The notes under the pieces were generated by a model. That model made no database searches. It saw only the letters and a program-made list of their open reading frames with translations, and was not told the DNA's origin. Source: Minisyncoccota bacterium (GTDB lineage: Bacteria > Patescibacteriota > Minisyncoccia > Phycocordibacterales > PALSA-1337). From it: 64,000 bases of DNA. The stretch spans positions 2,407-66,406 of the forward strand of contig DATJGJ010000010.1 of assembly GCA_035495115.1 (NCBI GenBank). The letters run 5' to 3'. Each line of letters starts with the position of its first letter. Within the stretch, counting starts at the first letter, position 1. The position numbers and the translations under genes were made by a program. This document shows, piece by piece, positions 1 to 9,663 of this stretch.

Positions 1-554
1 GCAAGTATATCTTTCGCTTTTTGTTCCAGCATTTCCTCGCCCTGACTTTCGAGCTTGTTCATGCGGACGAGGATGTCTTCTTCGGCCTGCTTCTCGACAG
101 TCTTCAGGATCTCTGCCTTTGCTTCTTCTGCGGTCATGCGAGCCACCTTTTCGAGTGCAGAAACGCGATCGCCGTGAATCTTCTCTGCTTGTTCGCGGAT
201 AGCCTTGATTTCTGCGACGCGTGTTTTGACCAATTCGACTTCTTTGTCGAGATCAGTTTGACGTTTGTCCAAAAACTCCTCTTTTTTGATAAGACGAGAC
301 TCTGTTTGGTTTATTTTGTCCTCCTTTTCTTTTGCCTCTTTTCTGATATCTTCGAGAGTTTTGGTAGCTTTGGTCTCTGCATCTATGGTGATCTTTTTTG
401 CTTCTTCCTTTGCAGCCAGAAGCATTTCCTTGATCTCGAGCTCCATCGAGCCTTTCTTACCAAGGGAAATGATCAATCGTAGATAGTAGCCAAGAGCCAT
501 GCCAACAACTCCTGAGATGGCCAGGAATACGGCGATGAGCTTTAATGAATACAT
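1..554 (-). CDS. rny: Ribonuclease Y, N-terminal TM anchor plus coiled-coil region. Partial: the gene runs off the window start.
   Basis: Hand translation of the minus strand from ATG at 552-554 gives MYSLKLIAVFLAISGVVGMALGYYLRLI..., a TM helix followed by a Lys/Glu-rich coiled coil (EAKKITIDAETKA...RLIKKEEFLDKRQTDLDKE...LEKVARMTAEEAKAEILK). This matches the RNase Y N-terminal architecture. There is no stop before position 1, which is why it is absent from the ORF track. Confidence 0.6.
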   Translation of the reverse strand, partial: MYSLKLIAVFLAISGVVGMALGYYLRLIISLGKKGSMELEIKEMLLAAKEEAKKITIDAETKATKTLEDIRKEAKEKEDKINQTESRLIKKEEFLDKRQTDLDKEVELVKTRVAEIKAIREQAEKIHGDRVSALEKVARMTAEEAKAEILKTVEKQAEEDILVRMNKLESQGEEMLEQKAKDIL

Positions 555-704
555 ATGCGAATGTGATTCGCTCCGGCGGAACTAGGGTGAAATAAGGATG
601 TTATGAGTCTTTTTTGTTGAAAGTGTCATAAGGTAAGGGTGTCACTAAGTTCGTAAAAGCGAAATCAAAATTAAAAATTTGTAACAATTGGATTATATGC
701 TATA

Positions 705-1301
705 ATGTCGCTCATGTCTATACTCATCCCAACAGTTATCGAAAAATCAAGTTTTGGCGAACGAGCCTATGATATTTACTCGCGTTTGCTCAAAGAAGGC
801 ATCATTTTCCTCGGTGGTCCAATCGACGATACCGTGGCTAATATTGTGATCGCCCAGCTCCTTTTCCTCCAATCAGAAGATCCAAAGAAGGAGATTTCGC
901 TCTATATCAACTCGCCAGGCGGTTCAGTTACGGCTGGTCTCGCTATTCTCGATACGATGAATCATATAAAGAATGATGTTTCTACTGTTTGTGTCGGCAT
1001 GGCAGCTTCGATGGGTGCTGTTATTTTGTCAGCAGGCAAGAAAGGAAAGCGTTTTGCACTGCCAAACTCAGAGATAATGATCCATCAGCCACACGGTGGC
1101 GCAGAAGGTCAGGCAAGTGATATTGAGATCAGTGCAAAGAGGATCATCAAGAATCGTGCTGTTTTGAATAAGATTCTTGCAAAGAATACAGGACAAACAC
1201 TCCAAAAGATTGAAAAAGATGGTGATCGTGATTTCTTTATGGATGCAGAAGAAGCAAAGAAATACGGCATTATCGATGAGGTTGTGAATGGAAAGAAATA
1301 A
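705..1301 (+). CDS. clpP: ATP-dependent Clp protease proteolytic subunit ClpP. The second ATG at 714 may be the true start (leaderless).
   Basis: 198 aa with [26 protein letters not shown]...[19 protein letters not shown]...[11 protein letters not shown]...MIHQP, the classic ClpP Ser-His-Asp core. TGcTATAAT at 698-706 overlaps the first ATG. Confidence 0.9.
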   Translation: MSLMSILIPTVIEKSSFGERAYDIYSRLLKEGIIFLGGPIDDTVANIVIAQLLFLQSEDPKKEISLYINSPGGSVTAGLAILDTMNHIKNDVSTVCVGMAASMGAVILSAGKKGKRFALPNSEIMIHQPHGGAEGQASDIEISAKRIIKNRAVLNKILAKNTGQTLQKIEKDGDRDFFMDAEEAKKYGIIDEVVNGKK

Positions 1302-1305
1302 AAAG

Positions 1306-1351
1306 AATTACTAATTTCTAATTGGTCTAATTAACCTAAACATTAGAAATT
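1306..1351. repeat. AT-rich intergenic element, copy A (after clpP)
   Basis: AATTACTAATTTCTAATTGGTCTAATTAACCTAAA...ATTAGAAATT. Shares about 30 of 35 positions and the trailing ATTAGAAATT inverted motif with copy B at 51902-51979. Confidence 0.5.
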
Positions 1352-1354
1352 TAT

Positions 1355-2083
1355 ATGCGTCTCCACCGCTTCTACATATCAGAAACTGTAGGTTCAAAGA
1401 ACGAGGTAGTACTCGATTCTTCTGACGTTGTTCATCAGATTCGCAAAGTGTTTCGTCTAAAGAAAGGCGATTTGCTCATTATTTTTGACGGATCAGGCTC
1501 TGATTATACGTGTGGCATCGAGGATTTTCGTGATGAAACCATCGTTTTAGGGGTGAGAGAAGTAAGTAAGAGTCGTTTCATGCCAGAACGAGATGTCTAT
1601 TTGTATGCTGCTTTGGTAAAGAAAGATACTTTTGAATGGATTGTAGAGAAAGCGACAGAGCTTGGTGTGACGAAAATCATTCCTATCATCGCTGAACGCA
1701 CAGAAAAAAAGGCGGTCAATGAAGATCGTTTAAAGAAAATTGTTATTGAGGCCAGCGAACAATCTGGCAGGGGCAGTATTCCAGAGATCGCACCAGTTAT
1801 AGGTTTGAAAGAAGCTGTTGTTGAACTGCAGACGAAGAATGAGACGCTCGATGCGCGCGTCCGAATGCTGGCTTTTCATACAGATGCCGAATTATTCGAT
1901 AGCTCTGACCTCGGTGAAATCGATCCTCTGGCGTGTTTCATAGGACCTGAAGGTGGATGGTCACCAGATGAGATCAGTTTGTTTCATGAAAATAAAATTC
2001 CCGTCAGATCTATCGGCAATCAAGTTTTGAGGGCTGAAACTGCTGTTGTTGCCACCCTTTCACTGGTGATGTTCGGAAAGTAG
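1355..2083 (+). CDS. rsmE: 16S rRNA (uracil1498-N3)-methyltransferase RsmE
   Basis: 242 aa. MRLHRFYI N-terminus with a PUA-like domain, a C-terminal FIGPEGGWSPDEI motif and a LRAETA SPOUT knot motif. Confidence 0.75.
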   Translation: MRLHRFYISETVGSKNEVVLDSSDVVHQIRKVFRLKKGDLLIIFDGSGSDYTCGIEDFRDETIVLGVREVSKSRFMPERDVYLYAALVKKDTFEWIVEKATELGVTKIIPIIAERTEKKAVNEDRLKKIVIEASEQSGRGSIPEIAPVIGLKEAVVELQTKNETLDARVRMLAFHTDAELFDSSDLGEIDPLACFIGPEGGWSPDEISLFHENKIPVRSIGNQVLRAETAVVATLSLVMFGK

Positions 2084-2095
2084 GGAGGTTTCATT

Positions 2096-2123
2096 AAAAA
2101 ATACCGGATAGCCGGTATTTTTG
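2096..2123. terminator. Bidirectional rho-independent terminator (rsmE / tig convergent)
   Basis: Stem ataccgg-atag-ccggtat flanked by an A-run and a T-run. Confidence 0.5.
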
Positions 2124-2140
2124 TTTCATAATTAAATCTT

Positions 2141-3235
2141 TTATTTTCCCGCCTTCTCCAAAAACTGGAATACCTTCTCATTGGTGAGGACAGTCGTCGC
2201 ATATTCCTGTGCACGTTCACGGTCTGCATCAGTGTAATGTTCAACAATATGGTTTACCTCTTCCTCAACCTCCTCTGGAGCAGGGGAGATAGACTCAGCT
2301 TTAGCAATCTCATTCAAAATGAGCTGAAGCTTCGCTTTCTTTTCAGCATGAGGTCTCCATTCAGCACGAATCTCTTCAGGAGTCTTCTTTGCATGCTTGA
2401 GGTAGTCTTCCATCTTCACGCCCATGCGTTCGATATCTGCTTCGAACTGAGCCTGCGTGCGGTTGAGCTCACCTTCAATGAAGATCTCAGGGATTTCCAT
2501 CGTCGTTGCATCAGCGAGAGCATCTGCAATACGGATGCGAGATTTTTCCTTGGCACTGTCAGCTTTCTGCTCAGCGATCATAGTTGAAAGTTTGTTCTTG
2601 AAATCAGGTACATCAGTAAAATCTCCCAATGATTTTACAAAATCATCTGTAAGCTCAGGCATCGCTGCTTCAATAGCCTTGTCATGCTCCTCAGGAGTCA
2701 TCTTCTCATGGTCATGGCCTTCGTGTGATGCACGAGACTTGCGAATCTTCAAGATCGCTTCTTCAATATCTGAATCAACAACTTTTAATTCATCAGGAGT
2801 GCTCTTTGCGACCTCGGCCTTTGATATTTTTTTATAATCAGGAAGCTTGAACTGAGGAACAATCGCTGTGGTGATCTTGAATTCAAGAGGATTGGCTGGG
2901 GCGAGCTTGGTGACGAGTATCTCAGGCTTGCCGATAGCGTCGATCTTCTCACCTATCATGATGTTTACATACGCTTTTGATAGAGCCATCTCCGCCATCT
3001 CTTCCAAGATAGCCGATTCGCCGACTTTTGTGATAAGGACATTCTCTGGAACCATACCCTTACGGAAACCATCGATACTGACAGAATTATTTATATACTT
3101 GATAGCCTCGGGGCGATATTTTTCCCAGATTGCAGTCGGGATCGAGCCAGTGATCTCAATGCGAGATTTTTCGAGGGGTTTGATAACGATTGAATCATAC
3201 GATTTTTCAATCTTCTGGGTGTCTTTTGTAGTCAT
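2141..3235 (-). CDS. tig: Trigger factor (short form)
   Basis: 364 aa. The N-terminal ribosome-binding domain has the signature GFRKGMVP motif, and the domain order matches trigger factor. Confidence 0.75.
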   Translation of the reverse strand: MTTKDTQKIEKSYDSIVIKPLEKSRIEITGSIPTAIWEKYRPEAIKYINNSVSIDGFRKGMVPENVLITKVGESAILEEMAEMALSKAYVNIMIGEKIDAIGKPEILVTKLAPANPLEFKITTAIVPQFKLPDYKKISKAEVAKSTPDELKVVDSDIEEAILKIRKSRASHEGHDHEKMTPEEHDKAIEAAMPELTDDFVKSLGDFTDVPDFKNKLSTMIAEQKADSAKEKSRIRIADALADATTMEIPEIFIEGELNRTQAQFEADIERMGVKMEDYLKHAKKTPEEIRAEWRPHAEKKAKLQLILNEIAKAESISPAPEEVEEEVNHIVEHYTDADRERAQEYATTVLTNEKVFQFLEKAGK

Positions 3236-3256
3236 GGTAGTTCTCTTATCTTATTT

Positions 3257-3478
3257 TTATTTAATCGCACTATTTAAATCGTTCTTTAATGTTTGGATAT
3301 CGTCAGGCGCTTTGTTTGTTCGGATGGTAATAGTAGTAGATGTTGCCGAGTCGGATTGAAGCAAGGCTTGACGATTGATATGTGAAGCAAATACATAGAG
3401 AGCAGCGGTGATCACTACGATAATGACAACAAGTGTCCCTATGATAGGTCCGACATTTTTACTCTCTTTTTTTTGCAT
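3257..3478 (-). CDS. Small membrane-anchored hypothetical protein
   Basis: Internal start MQKKESKNVGPIIGTLVVIIVVITAALYVFA gives a single TM helix. Overlaps the upstream ORF by 20 nt. Confidence 0.35.
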   Translation of the reverse strand: MQKKESKNVGPIIGTLVVIIVVITAALYVFASHINRQALLQSDSATSTTITIRTNKAPDDIQTLKNDLNSAIK

Positions 3479-3914
3479 ACGTTGTTTTGTGTGGTGTTGA
3501 AGATGCCTGTTCGATTGCGGCGGTGATGTCATTGAGTACGCCATTGAGCGCTTCCCGAGCCTGACTGAGGGCTACATATGCCGCTTGAGATTCGCGATAT
3601 GCTGGACGAGGGTTGGTATCAGTAACAGTAGACGTGGCATTGCCGACAGCTATGACTGCAAAATTCAATATACGATCTGCATTGCTGTACGAAGCGAGAG
3701 GGATAGTCATATCGGTGCCTGAAGCGACTTCTTTGTCTATGCGAGCGCCAATGCGCTCTTGAATGTTCTGCAAGTTAGCGAGCGATTGTTCAAGTGGAGC
3801 AAGGAGTATGCTATTGCGAAAATCACGCCCGATTTTACGCTCATAGTGAGCCTCATATCCTTGGCGGAGATTTTCTCCAAAATTGAATATATCAGGAATG
3901 TTGAAGAACATCAT
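3459..3914 (-). CDS. Hypothetical protein
   Basis: 151-aa ORF in an operon-like array with ppa and nusA. No motif recognised. Confidence 0.4.
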   Translation of the reverse strand: MMFFNIPDIFNFGENLRQGYEAHYERKIGRDFRNSILLAPLEQSLANLQNIQERIGARIDKEVASGTDMTIPLASYSNADRILNFAVIAVGNATSTVTDTNPRPAYRESQAAYVALSQAREALNGVLNDITAAIEQASSTPHKTTYAKKRE

Positions 3915-3921
3915 AGAAGTA

Positions 3922-4440
3922 TTATTTCTTGTTAGCGTACAATTTTACACCTTCCTCGAAGGCTTCTTTTGCTTCTTTTGAACCACTGAAGCCTTTGACG
4001 ATCACTTCTTTGTCCTGCAAGTTTTTGTAGGTTGCATAGAAATGAGCGACTTCGCGGAGCGTATGTTTGTTGAGGTCAGCGAGATCGTTGATATCGCTCC
4101 AGCGAGGATCTTTGACTGGTACTGCGATGATCTTGCTGTCTTCTTCGCCAGAATCGTTGATATTGGCGATAGCGACAGGGCGAACCTTAATGAGGATGCC
4201 TGGCATGAGAGGGTATGTGGTGAATACGATCACATCGAGTGGATCGCCATCATGCCACAATGTCTGAGGAACAAAACCATAGTCGAATGGAAACTCTTGA
4301 CTGGTATGTAGAACACGGTCAAGGGCGATAATGCCTGATTCCTTGTTGACCTCGTATTTGTTGCCTGAACCTTTTGCGATCTCAATGATGACATTCATCT
4401 CGCTCGCTGTTCCTGGTTTTATATCATGTACTAAGTGCAT
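3922..4440 (-). CDS. ppa: Inorganic pyrophosphatase (family I)
   Basis: 172 aa with DGDPLDVIVFT...PGILIKVRPV, the PPase I active-site signature. Confidence 0.9.
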   Translation of the reverse strand: MHLVHDIKPGTASEMNVIIEIAKGSGNKYEVNKESGIIALDRVLHTSQEFPFDYGFVPQTLWHDGDPLDVIVFTTYPLMPGILIKVRPVAIANINDSGEEDSKIIAVPVKDPRWSDINDLADLNKHTLREVAHFYATYKNLQDKEVIVKGFSGSKEAKEAFEEGVKLYANKK

Positions 4441-4481
4441 AGTGATATTGTATCAAATTTAATAAATAAGTTATCCAATGT

Positions 4482-5645
4482 TTACTCCTCACTCGACTCA
4501 GCATCCGCACTTTCTGATGCGGCTGGCTTCTCTGCGCCTTGTGACTTGATGTCGATCTTCCAGCCGGTGAGTTTTGCGGCAAGACGGACGTTCTGACCGC
4601 CTTTACCGATGGCGAGAGACTGCTCATCTTCGGTGACAGTGACGATTGCGCGATGTTCTTTCTCATCGAGCTCGAGGCTGATGACTTCAGCAGGAGAGAG
4701 TGACTCTTCGATAAAGAGAGCAGGATCCTCATTCCATTCGACGATATCTATCTTTTCACCCGAAAGCTCGCTCGTAACTGTTGAAACGCGGACGCCACGC
4801 TGACCAACCATAGAACCGATCGGGTCGATGTGACTGTCATGTGAGACAACGGCAACTTTTGAGCGTGAACCAGCTTCACGTGCGATACCTTTGATCTCGA
4901 CTATGCCCTGAGCGATCTCAGGAGCTTCTGTTTCAAAAAGCTTTGCAAGGAAGCGAGGGTGCGAACGAGAGAGCTTGAGGACGATGCCGCGTGGACTCTC
5001 CTCTACCGCGTAGAGATAGGCGCGGATACGATCGCCAGTCTTCCAGCGCTCGCTTGGAATCTGTTCCTCATATGAGATGACGCCGAGAGCACGTCCCATG
5101 TTGACGAAGACGGTGCCACGTTCGACGCGTTCGACGGTTCCAGCGACGATTTCTCCTTCTTTTGCGCCGTATTCACCCATGACGGAGACTTTTTCTGCCT
5201 CACGGATCTTCTGGATGATGATCTGCTTTGCTGTTTGTGCAGCAATGCGACCGAAATCAGCTTTGACTTCGAGAGGGAAGACGAGTTCATCACCAACAAC
5301 TGCGTCGCGCTTGATGCGGCGAGCGTCTTCGATGAGCATATGCTGCTCCGCATTGAAGCGGATCTTGATATCATCGACGTTTGTGTCTTTGAGGTCGATA
5401 TCCTGTTCCTCGTCACCTTCCATGATGACTTGGTCGCGATCAACAACGACTTTTACCTGCCAAAATTCAACGCCACCAGTTTTTTCATCGAATGATGCGC
5501 GGACGATCTGGCCTTTCTTGCCGTATTCTTTCTTATAAGCGGTCGCAAGAGACATGGCGATAGCTTCCAAGGTCTTTTCTTTTGGAATTCCACGCTCTTC
5601 TTCGAGTTGTGCGACGACTGAGTTTATGACTTTGAGATCAAACAT
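4482..5645 (-). CDS. nusA: Transcription termination/antitermination factor NusA
   Basis: 387 aa. N-terminal NusA domain, S1 domain (GEIVAGTVERVERGTVFVNMG) and tandem KH domains. Confidence 0.9.
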   Translation of the reverse strand: MFDLKVINSVVAQLEEERGIPKEKTLEAIAMSLATAYKKEYGKKGQIVRASFDEKTGGVEFWQVKVVVDRDQVIMEGDEEQDIDLKDTNVDDIKIRFNAEQHMLIEDARRIKRDAVVGDELVFPLEVKADFGRIAAQTAKQIIIQKIREAEKVSVMGEYGAKEGEIVAGTVERVERGTVFVNMGRALGVISYEEQIPSERWKTGDRIRAYLYAVEESPRGIVLKLSRSHPRFLAKLFETEAPEIAQGIVEIKGIAREAGSRSKVAVVSHDSHIDPIGSMVGQRGVRVSTVTSELSGEKIDIVEWNEDPALFIEESLSPAEVISLELDEKEHRAIVTVTEDEQSLAIGKGGQNVRLAAKLTGWKIDIKSQGAEKPAASESADAESSEE

Positions 5646-5848
5646 ATATGTAATTGTTACGTTCTATTATTAAGTTGTAATGAGGCTTTTGGCCTTATTT
5701 AAGGGCTTTTTCTCGATAGATTAGGCCCTATTTAACGAAAATGTCCGCCGGTAGGCGAACAGTTACTTACCCGACCAATATAGCATATTTGAGTCAGGAA
5801 GTAAATAAGGGCGTTTAAATGGTAAAAGTCCATGGCAAACAATAATAA

Positions 5849-5877
5849 TTGACATTTGTTGAGATTTATGCCAATAT
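5849..5877 (+). promoter_or_regulatory. Sigma70-like promoter (TTGACA-17-CAATAT)
   Basis: TTGACA at 5849-5854, a 17-nt spacer, then CAATAT at 5872-5877. The ORF-track start at 5849 coincides with the -35 box, so the real CDS start is downstream. Confidence 0.35.
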
Positions 5878-5917
5878 TTGGCTAGTAAAACAATCAAATT
5901 CTACGAAAGGTATTTAC

Positions 5918-6532
5918 ATGAAACTTGAAAAACAGGCTCAAGCACTCTGGAAGTTCTTGAACCTCACGAATGAACCCGAAAAGGCAGATGTCATATTTAT
6001 CTTGGGGGGATCATCGCTTGCTCCTGTGGAAAAAGCGATTGAACTCTTCAGGGCTGGCTTCGCTCCTCGTATCGCCTTTATTTCTATCGGCGGAACGTTT
6101 GGTGGCGAAAAAGTGTGGGGTATGCCGGAGCACCAGAAGTATCGTCAAGAAATACTTGCTGCCGGCATTCTTCCAGAAGCGATTCTTTCGGAAGGATTGA
6201 CAACTAATACTCTTGCTGAAGCGATCGCCGCGATTCCTTTTATTGCACAGAAGGGCATTGATCTCAAAAAAATGATCCTTGTCTCACGGCCAGTTCATCA
6301 GCGGCGAGCATTCCTCACGTTTGCGAGACAGCACAAACAGGTTCGTTACATCAACTGTCCTGGAAATGAAACATTCGATCCTGCCGACCTCGAAACCCAA
6401 AAACGGATGGTCGAAGAAATTGGGCGCATAATCCTTTATTCAGGCAAAGGGGATATCTTGATGGACGGGGGCATTCCTGCTGAAATCCTCGCAGCGACTC
6501 AGGATATTCGTTCCGTTCTCGGTCTTGACTGA
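5918..6532 (+). CDS. DUF218 (YdcF/ElyC/SanA-like) domain protein
   Basis: VIFILGG...IAFISIGG...NTLAEA pattern of DUF218. Start taken at MKLEKQ (5918), which has an upstream AAAGG RBS. Confidence 0.55.
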   Translation: MKLEKQAQALWKFLNLTNEPEKADVIFILGGSSLAPVEKAIELFRAGFAPRIAFISIGGTFGGEKVWGMPEHQKYRQEILAAGILPEAILSEGLTTNTLAEAIAAIPFIAQKGIDLKKMILVSRPVHQRRAFLTFARQHKQVRYINCPGNETFDPADLETQKRMVEEIGRIILYSGKGDILMDGGIPAEILAATQDIRSVLGLD

Positions 6533-6545
6533 TCCAACTCATCGC

Positions 6546-6578
6546 AAACCCGCACGCTTCACCGCTTGCGGGTTTTTT
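6546..6578 (+). terminator. Rho-independent terminator
   Basis: aacccgca...tgcgggtt stem followed by a T6 run. Confidence 0.45.
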
Positions 6579-6639
6579 ATTACCAAATTAACTAATTACC
6601 CACACAGCATGCCTACATATATCTGGTATAATATAATCG

Positions 6640-8388
6640 ATGCTCATCGAAGATACCCAGCTCTATAAATTCATCCTCGACTCTGGACTCGTATCCAAAG
6701 AGGATTTGGAAAATGCCAAAAAGGAGGCAGACGATACCAGCAAGCGTCTGGGGGATATTCTCGTTACTCAAGGCAAGATCACTGCCGACAATCTCCGTCG
6801 TATGCAGGCCTATGTCCTCGGTATACCTTTCGTCGATCTCAAAAATAGAAAGCTGCCGACTGATACACTCTCTCTCATCCCTGAGCCGATCGCTCGCGGC
6901 CACAATATCGTTGCTTTCAAGAAGACCGATACTTCGCTCGAAGTTGCCATGCTCGACGTGAATGATCTTTCTGCTATCGATTTCATCAAAAAGAAAGTTC
7001 ATCTCAAGATACTCCCGCGTCTCACTGACAGTGATTCCATCAAAGAAGCGCTCGTTCAGTATCAAAAGAGCCTCAAAGCGGAATTCGGCGATATCATCCA
7101 GAAGGAGACAGATACGATCAAAATGATCTCCGAAGAAAAAGGTGAGGCAGCTACTGAAGAAGATTTGAAGAAGATTGCAGAAGATCTTCCCGTCGTCCGT
7201 ATTGTGGATACGCTCATCAAGCACGCTATTTTGCAAAATGCATCTGATATACATATAGAGCCAATGGAGGAGCAAGTACTCGTCCGTTACCGTATCGATG
7301 GCCTCCTTCATGATGCCATGGTGCTTCCGCGCCAAGCAGGACCATCAGTCTCCGCTCGTATCAAAGTGCTCTCAAATCTCAAGCTCGACGAAAAGCGTCT
7401 TCCTCAAGATGGCCGTTTCAAAGTTGATCTTACCAATGAAAAAGTTTCATTCCGCGTTTCTATCTTGCCGACATACTATGGCGAAAAGATCGTTATGCGT
7501 TTGTTGCGTGAAAACATCTCAGGTTTTACTCTCGAGTATCTCCAATTCCATGGAGAAGGCCTTGAGCGTATCCATGATGCCCTCAAGCAAACGACAGGCA
7601 TGATCCTTACGACAGGTCCGACCGGTTCCGGTAAAACCACTACGCTTTATACGATGCTCGATCTGCTCAATACACCTGATGTGAACATATCTACTATCGA
7701 AGATCCTATCGAATATCAGATGGCGCGCATCAATCAGACACAAGTGCGCCCTGAGATCGGTTTCTCTTTCTCGCAAGGCATACGTACCCTCGTTCGTCAG
7801 GATCCAGATATCATTATGGTGGGTGAGATTCGTGATAATGAGACTGCTGCGCTCGCGGTCAACGCCGCGCTCACTGGTCACCTCGTGCTTTCAACGTTGC
7901 ACACCAACTCAGCCGCTGGCGCTATTCCACGTCTTCTCGATATGAAAGTAGAAGCATTTCTCCTTGTTTCTACTCTTGATATTGTCATCGGTCAGCGTCT
8001 CGTGCGCCGTCTGACTGATTCAAAAGTCTCTTACGACCTTTCAAAAGCAGAGTTCGCGCAGCTTGAAAAGCGCGTAGACATGGATCGTGTGCTCGCGGCC
8101 CTCAAAGCCGATAAAGTCGTCAAAGCCGATGCAAAGTGGGGTGATATTCCATTCTATAAGCCAGCGCCAGGCGGCGAGGATGATGGTTTCAAGGGGCGCG
8201 TAGGCATCCATGAGATACTCAGAATGTCGCCGACAATAAAGGATCTGATCATCAAAGGCGAAACAACTTCGGTTATTGAGGATCAGGCAAAAAAAGAAGG
8301 CATGTTGACGATGTTGGAAGACGGTATATACAAATGCGCTGCAGGCATGACGACTATCGAAGAAGTATTGCGTGTCATTTCAGAATAA
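6640..8388 (+). CDS. pilB: Type IV pilus assembly ATPase PilB (GspE family)
   Basis: 582 aa. N-terminal GspII_E domain, Walker A GPTGSGKTTTLY, and Asp/His boxes. Confidence 0.9.
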   Translation: MLIEDTQLYKFILDSGLVSKEDLENAKKEADDTSKRLGDILVTQGKITADNLRRMQAYVLGIPFVDLKNRKLPTDTLSLIPEPIARGHNIVAFKKTDTSLEVAMLDVNDLSAIDFIKKKVHLKILPRLTDSDSIKEALVQYQKSLKAEFGDIIQKETDTIKMISEEKGEAATEEDLKKIAEDLPVVRIVDTLIKHAILQNASDIHIEPMEEQVLVRYRIDGLLHDAMVLPRQAGPSVSARIKVLSNLKLDEKRLPQDGRFKVDLTNEKVSFRVSILPTYYGEKIVMRLLRENISGFTLEYLQFHGEGLERIHDALKQTTGMILTTGPTGSGKTTTLYTMLDLLNTPDVNISTIEDPIEYQMARINQTQVRPEIGFSFSQGIRTLVRQDPDIIMVGEIRDNETAALAVNAALTGHLVLSTLHTNSAAGAIPRLLDMKVEAFLLVSTLDIVIGQRLVRRLTDSKVSYDLSKAEFAQLEKRVDMDRVLAALKADKVVKADAKWGDIPFYKPAPGGEDDGFKGRVGIHEILRMSPTIKDLIIKGETTSVIEDQAKKEGMLTMLEDGIYKCAAGMTTIEEVLRVISE

Positions 8389-8398
8389 ATCAAATTAT

Positions 8399-9622
8399 AT
8401 GAGCCATTTTATTTTTAAAGCACGAAAACCGGGAGGCGAAGTATATGAAGGCGAAAAAGATGTCGCTGACCGTTATGAGCTTTACCGCATTATTCGCGAG
8501 AGCGGCGATGAGTTCATTTCTTTGAAAGAAAAAAAGAAGGGAAGCGGCAAAGGCCTGCAGATAAATATCTCATTCGGCTTCATGAAACGAGTAAAGGCGA
8601 TCGATAAGATCAATTTCGCTCGAAATTTAGGATCAATGATTGAGGCGGGTTTGCCACTGTCCCGTGCTTTGTCAGTGCTCGAGCGTCAAGCACACAATAA
8701 AAATTTCAAAGAAGTCATAGTTGAAGTGCGCAATGGCATCGATAAAGGATTGAGCTTTGCTGATGCGCTCGCAAAATATCCAAAAGTATTTTCATCGCTT
8801 TTTATTTCCATGGTTCATGCGGGCGAACAGTCAGGAACGCTGTCAGATTCTCTCAAAGTCATTGCTCTCCAATTGGAAAGCGCTCATAACCTCGAAAGAC
8901 GCGTTCGTGGAGCGCTCATGTATCCATCGGTTATTATTTGCGCGATGATTATCGTGGCAATATTGATGTTCACTTTCGTTATACCGACACTGATGAAGAC
9001 ATTCGTCGATCTCAATGTGCAGCTCCCATTTACCACACAGATCATTCTCTCGATCAGTAATATCTTGCAACATTACGGCCTATTTCTACTTGTCGGTCTT
9101 GTTATTGTAGGTGTTGTATTTATGCGTTGGTCACGAACTCCTACGGGCAAAAATATCGATCATAGAGTCATGCTTTATATGCCTATTCTCGGCCCACTCG
9201 TTAAGGAGGTGAATACAGCCCGCACAGCCCGCACGCTCTCTTCGTTGCTCGGGGCAGGCGTAGATTTTGTAGAGTCAGTTTCTATCACTGCTCAGGTCAT
9301 CCAAAATGTTCATTTTCGTGCGGTTCTAGATCAAGCCGGCGAGTCCATCAAGAAAGGTGGTCTCATGTCGCAGATATTCGCTCAAAATAACAAGCTCTAT
9401 CCGATTTTTCTTTCAGAGATGATGAGTGTGGGCGAAGAAACGGGAAAGATAGGGGAGATGCTCACAGGTGTCGCGCGTTACTACGAAGACGATGTCGATC
9501 AAAAGACAAAAGATATGTCGACAGTTATCGAACCAGTCATCATGATCGTTATCGCTGCAGGCGTCGGATTCTTTGCTGTCGCCATGATCTCGCCGATGTA
9601 CTCTTTGGTGAATGCGATATAA
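8399..9622 (+). CDS. pilC: Type IV pilus platform protein PilC (GspF family)
   Basis: Two GspF repeats and three TM segments. Start taken at MSHFIFKARKPGGEVYEGE, the typical PilC N-terminus. Confidence 0.85.
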   Translation: MSHFIFKARKPGGEVYEGEKDVADRYELYRIIRESGDEFISLKEKKKGSGKGLQINISFGFMKRVKAIDKINFARNLGSMIEAGLPLSRALSVLERQAHNKNFKEVIVEVRNGIDKGLSFADALAKYPKVFSSLFISMVHAGEQSGTLSDSLKVIALQLESAHNLERRVRGALMYPSVIICAMIIVAILMFTFVIPTLMKTFVDLNVQLPFTTQIILSISNILQHYGLFLLVGLVIVGVVFMRWSRTPTGKNIDHRVMLYMPILGPLVKEVNTARTARTLSSLLGAGVDFVESVSITAQVIQNVHFRAVLDQAGESIKKGGLMSQIFAQNNKLYPIFLSEMMSVGEETGKIGEMLTGVARYYEDDVDQKTKDMSTVIEPVIMIVIAAGVGFFAVAMISPMYSLVNAI

Positions 9623-9629
9623 AGGATAT

Positions 9630-9663
9630 AAAAAATCGCTCACAATATTGTGAGCGATTTTTT
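9630..9663. terminator. Bidirectional terminator
   Basis: atcgctcaca-atat-tgtgagcgat perfect 10-bp stem flanked by A and T runs. Confidence 0.5.

Noticed and set aside
21-482. 153-aa and 73-aa plus-strand ORFs at the window start
   Set aside because: They are antisense to the RNase Y coiled-coil coding region. The Lys/Glu-rich codons on the minus strand read as Phe/Leu/Ser-rich frames on the plus strand with no recognisable fold. The minus-strand frame has a convincing RNase Y N-terminus.
6613-7335. 240-aa minus-strand ORF overlapping pilB
   Set aside because: Antisense shadow ORF inside a well-supported PilB gene, with no motifs. Similar shadows were discarded in nusA (5003-5446, 5077-5538), recJ (16605-17525), fusA (25935-27096), rplD and rplB (33810-34244, 35160-35855), lysA (38397-38933), ftsH (60682-62345) and recG (63201-63749).
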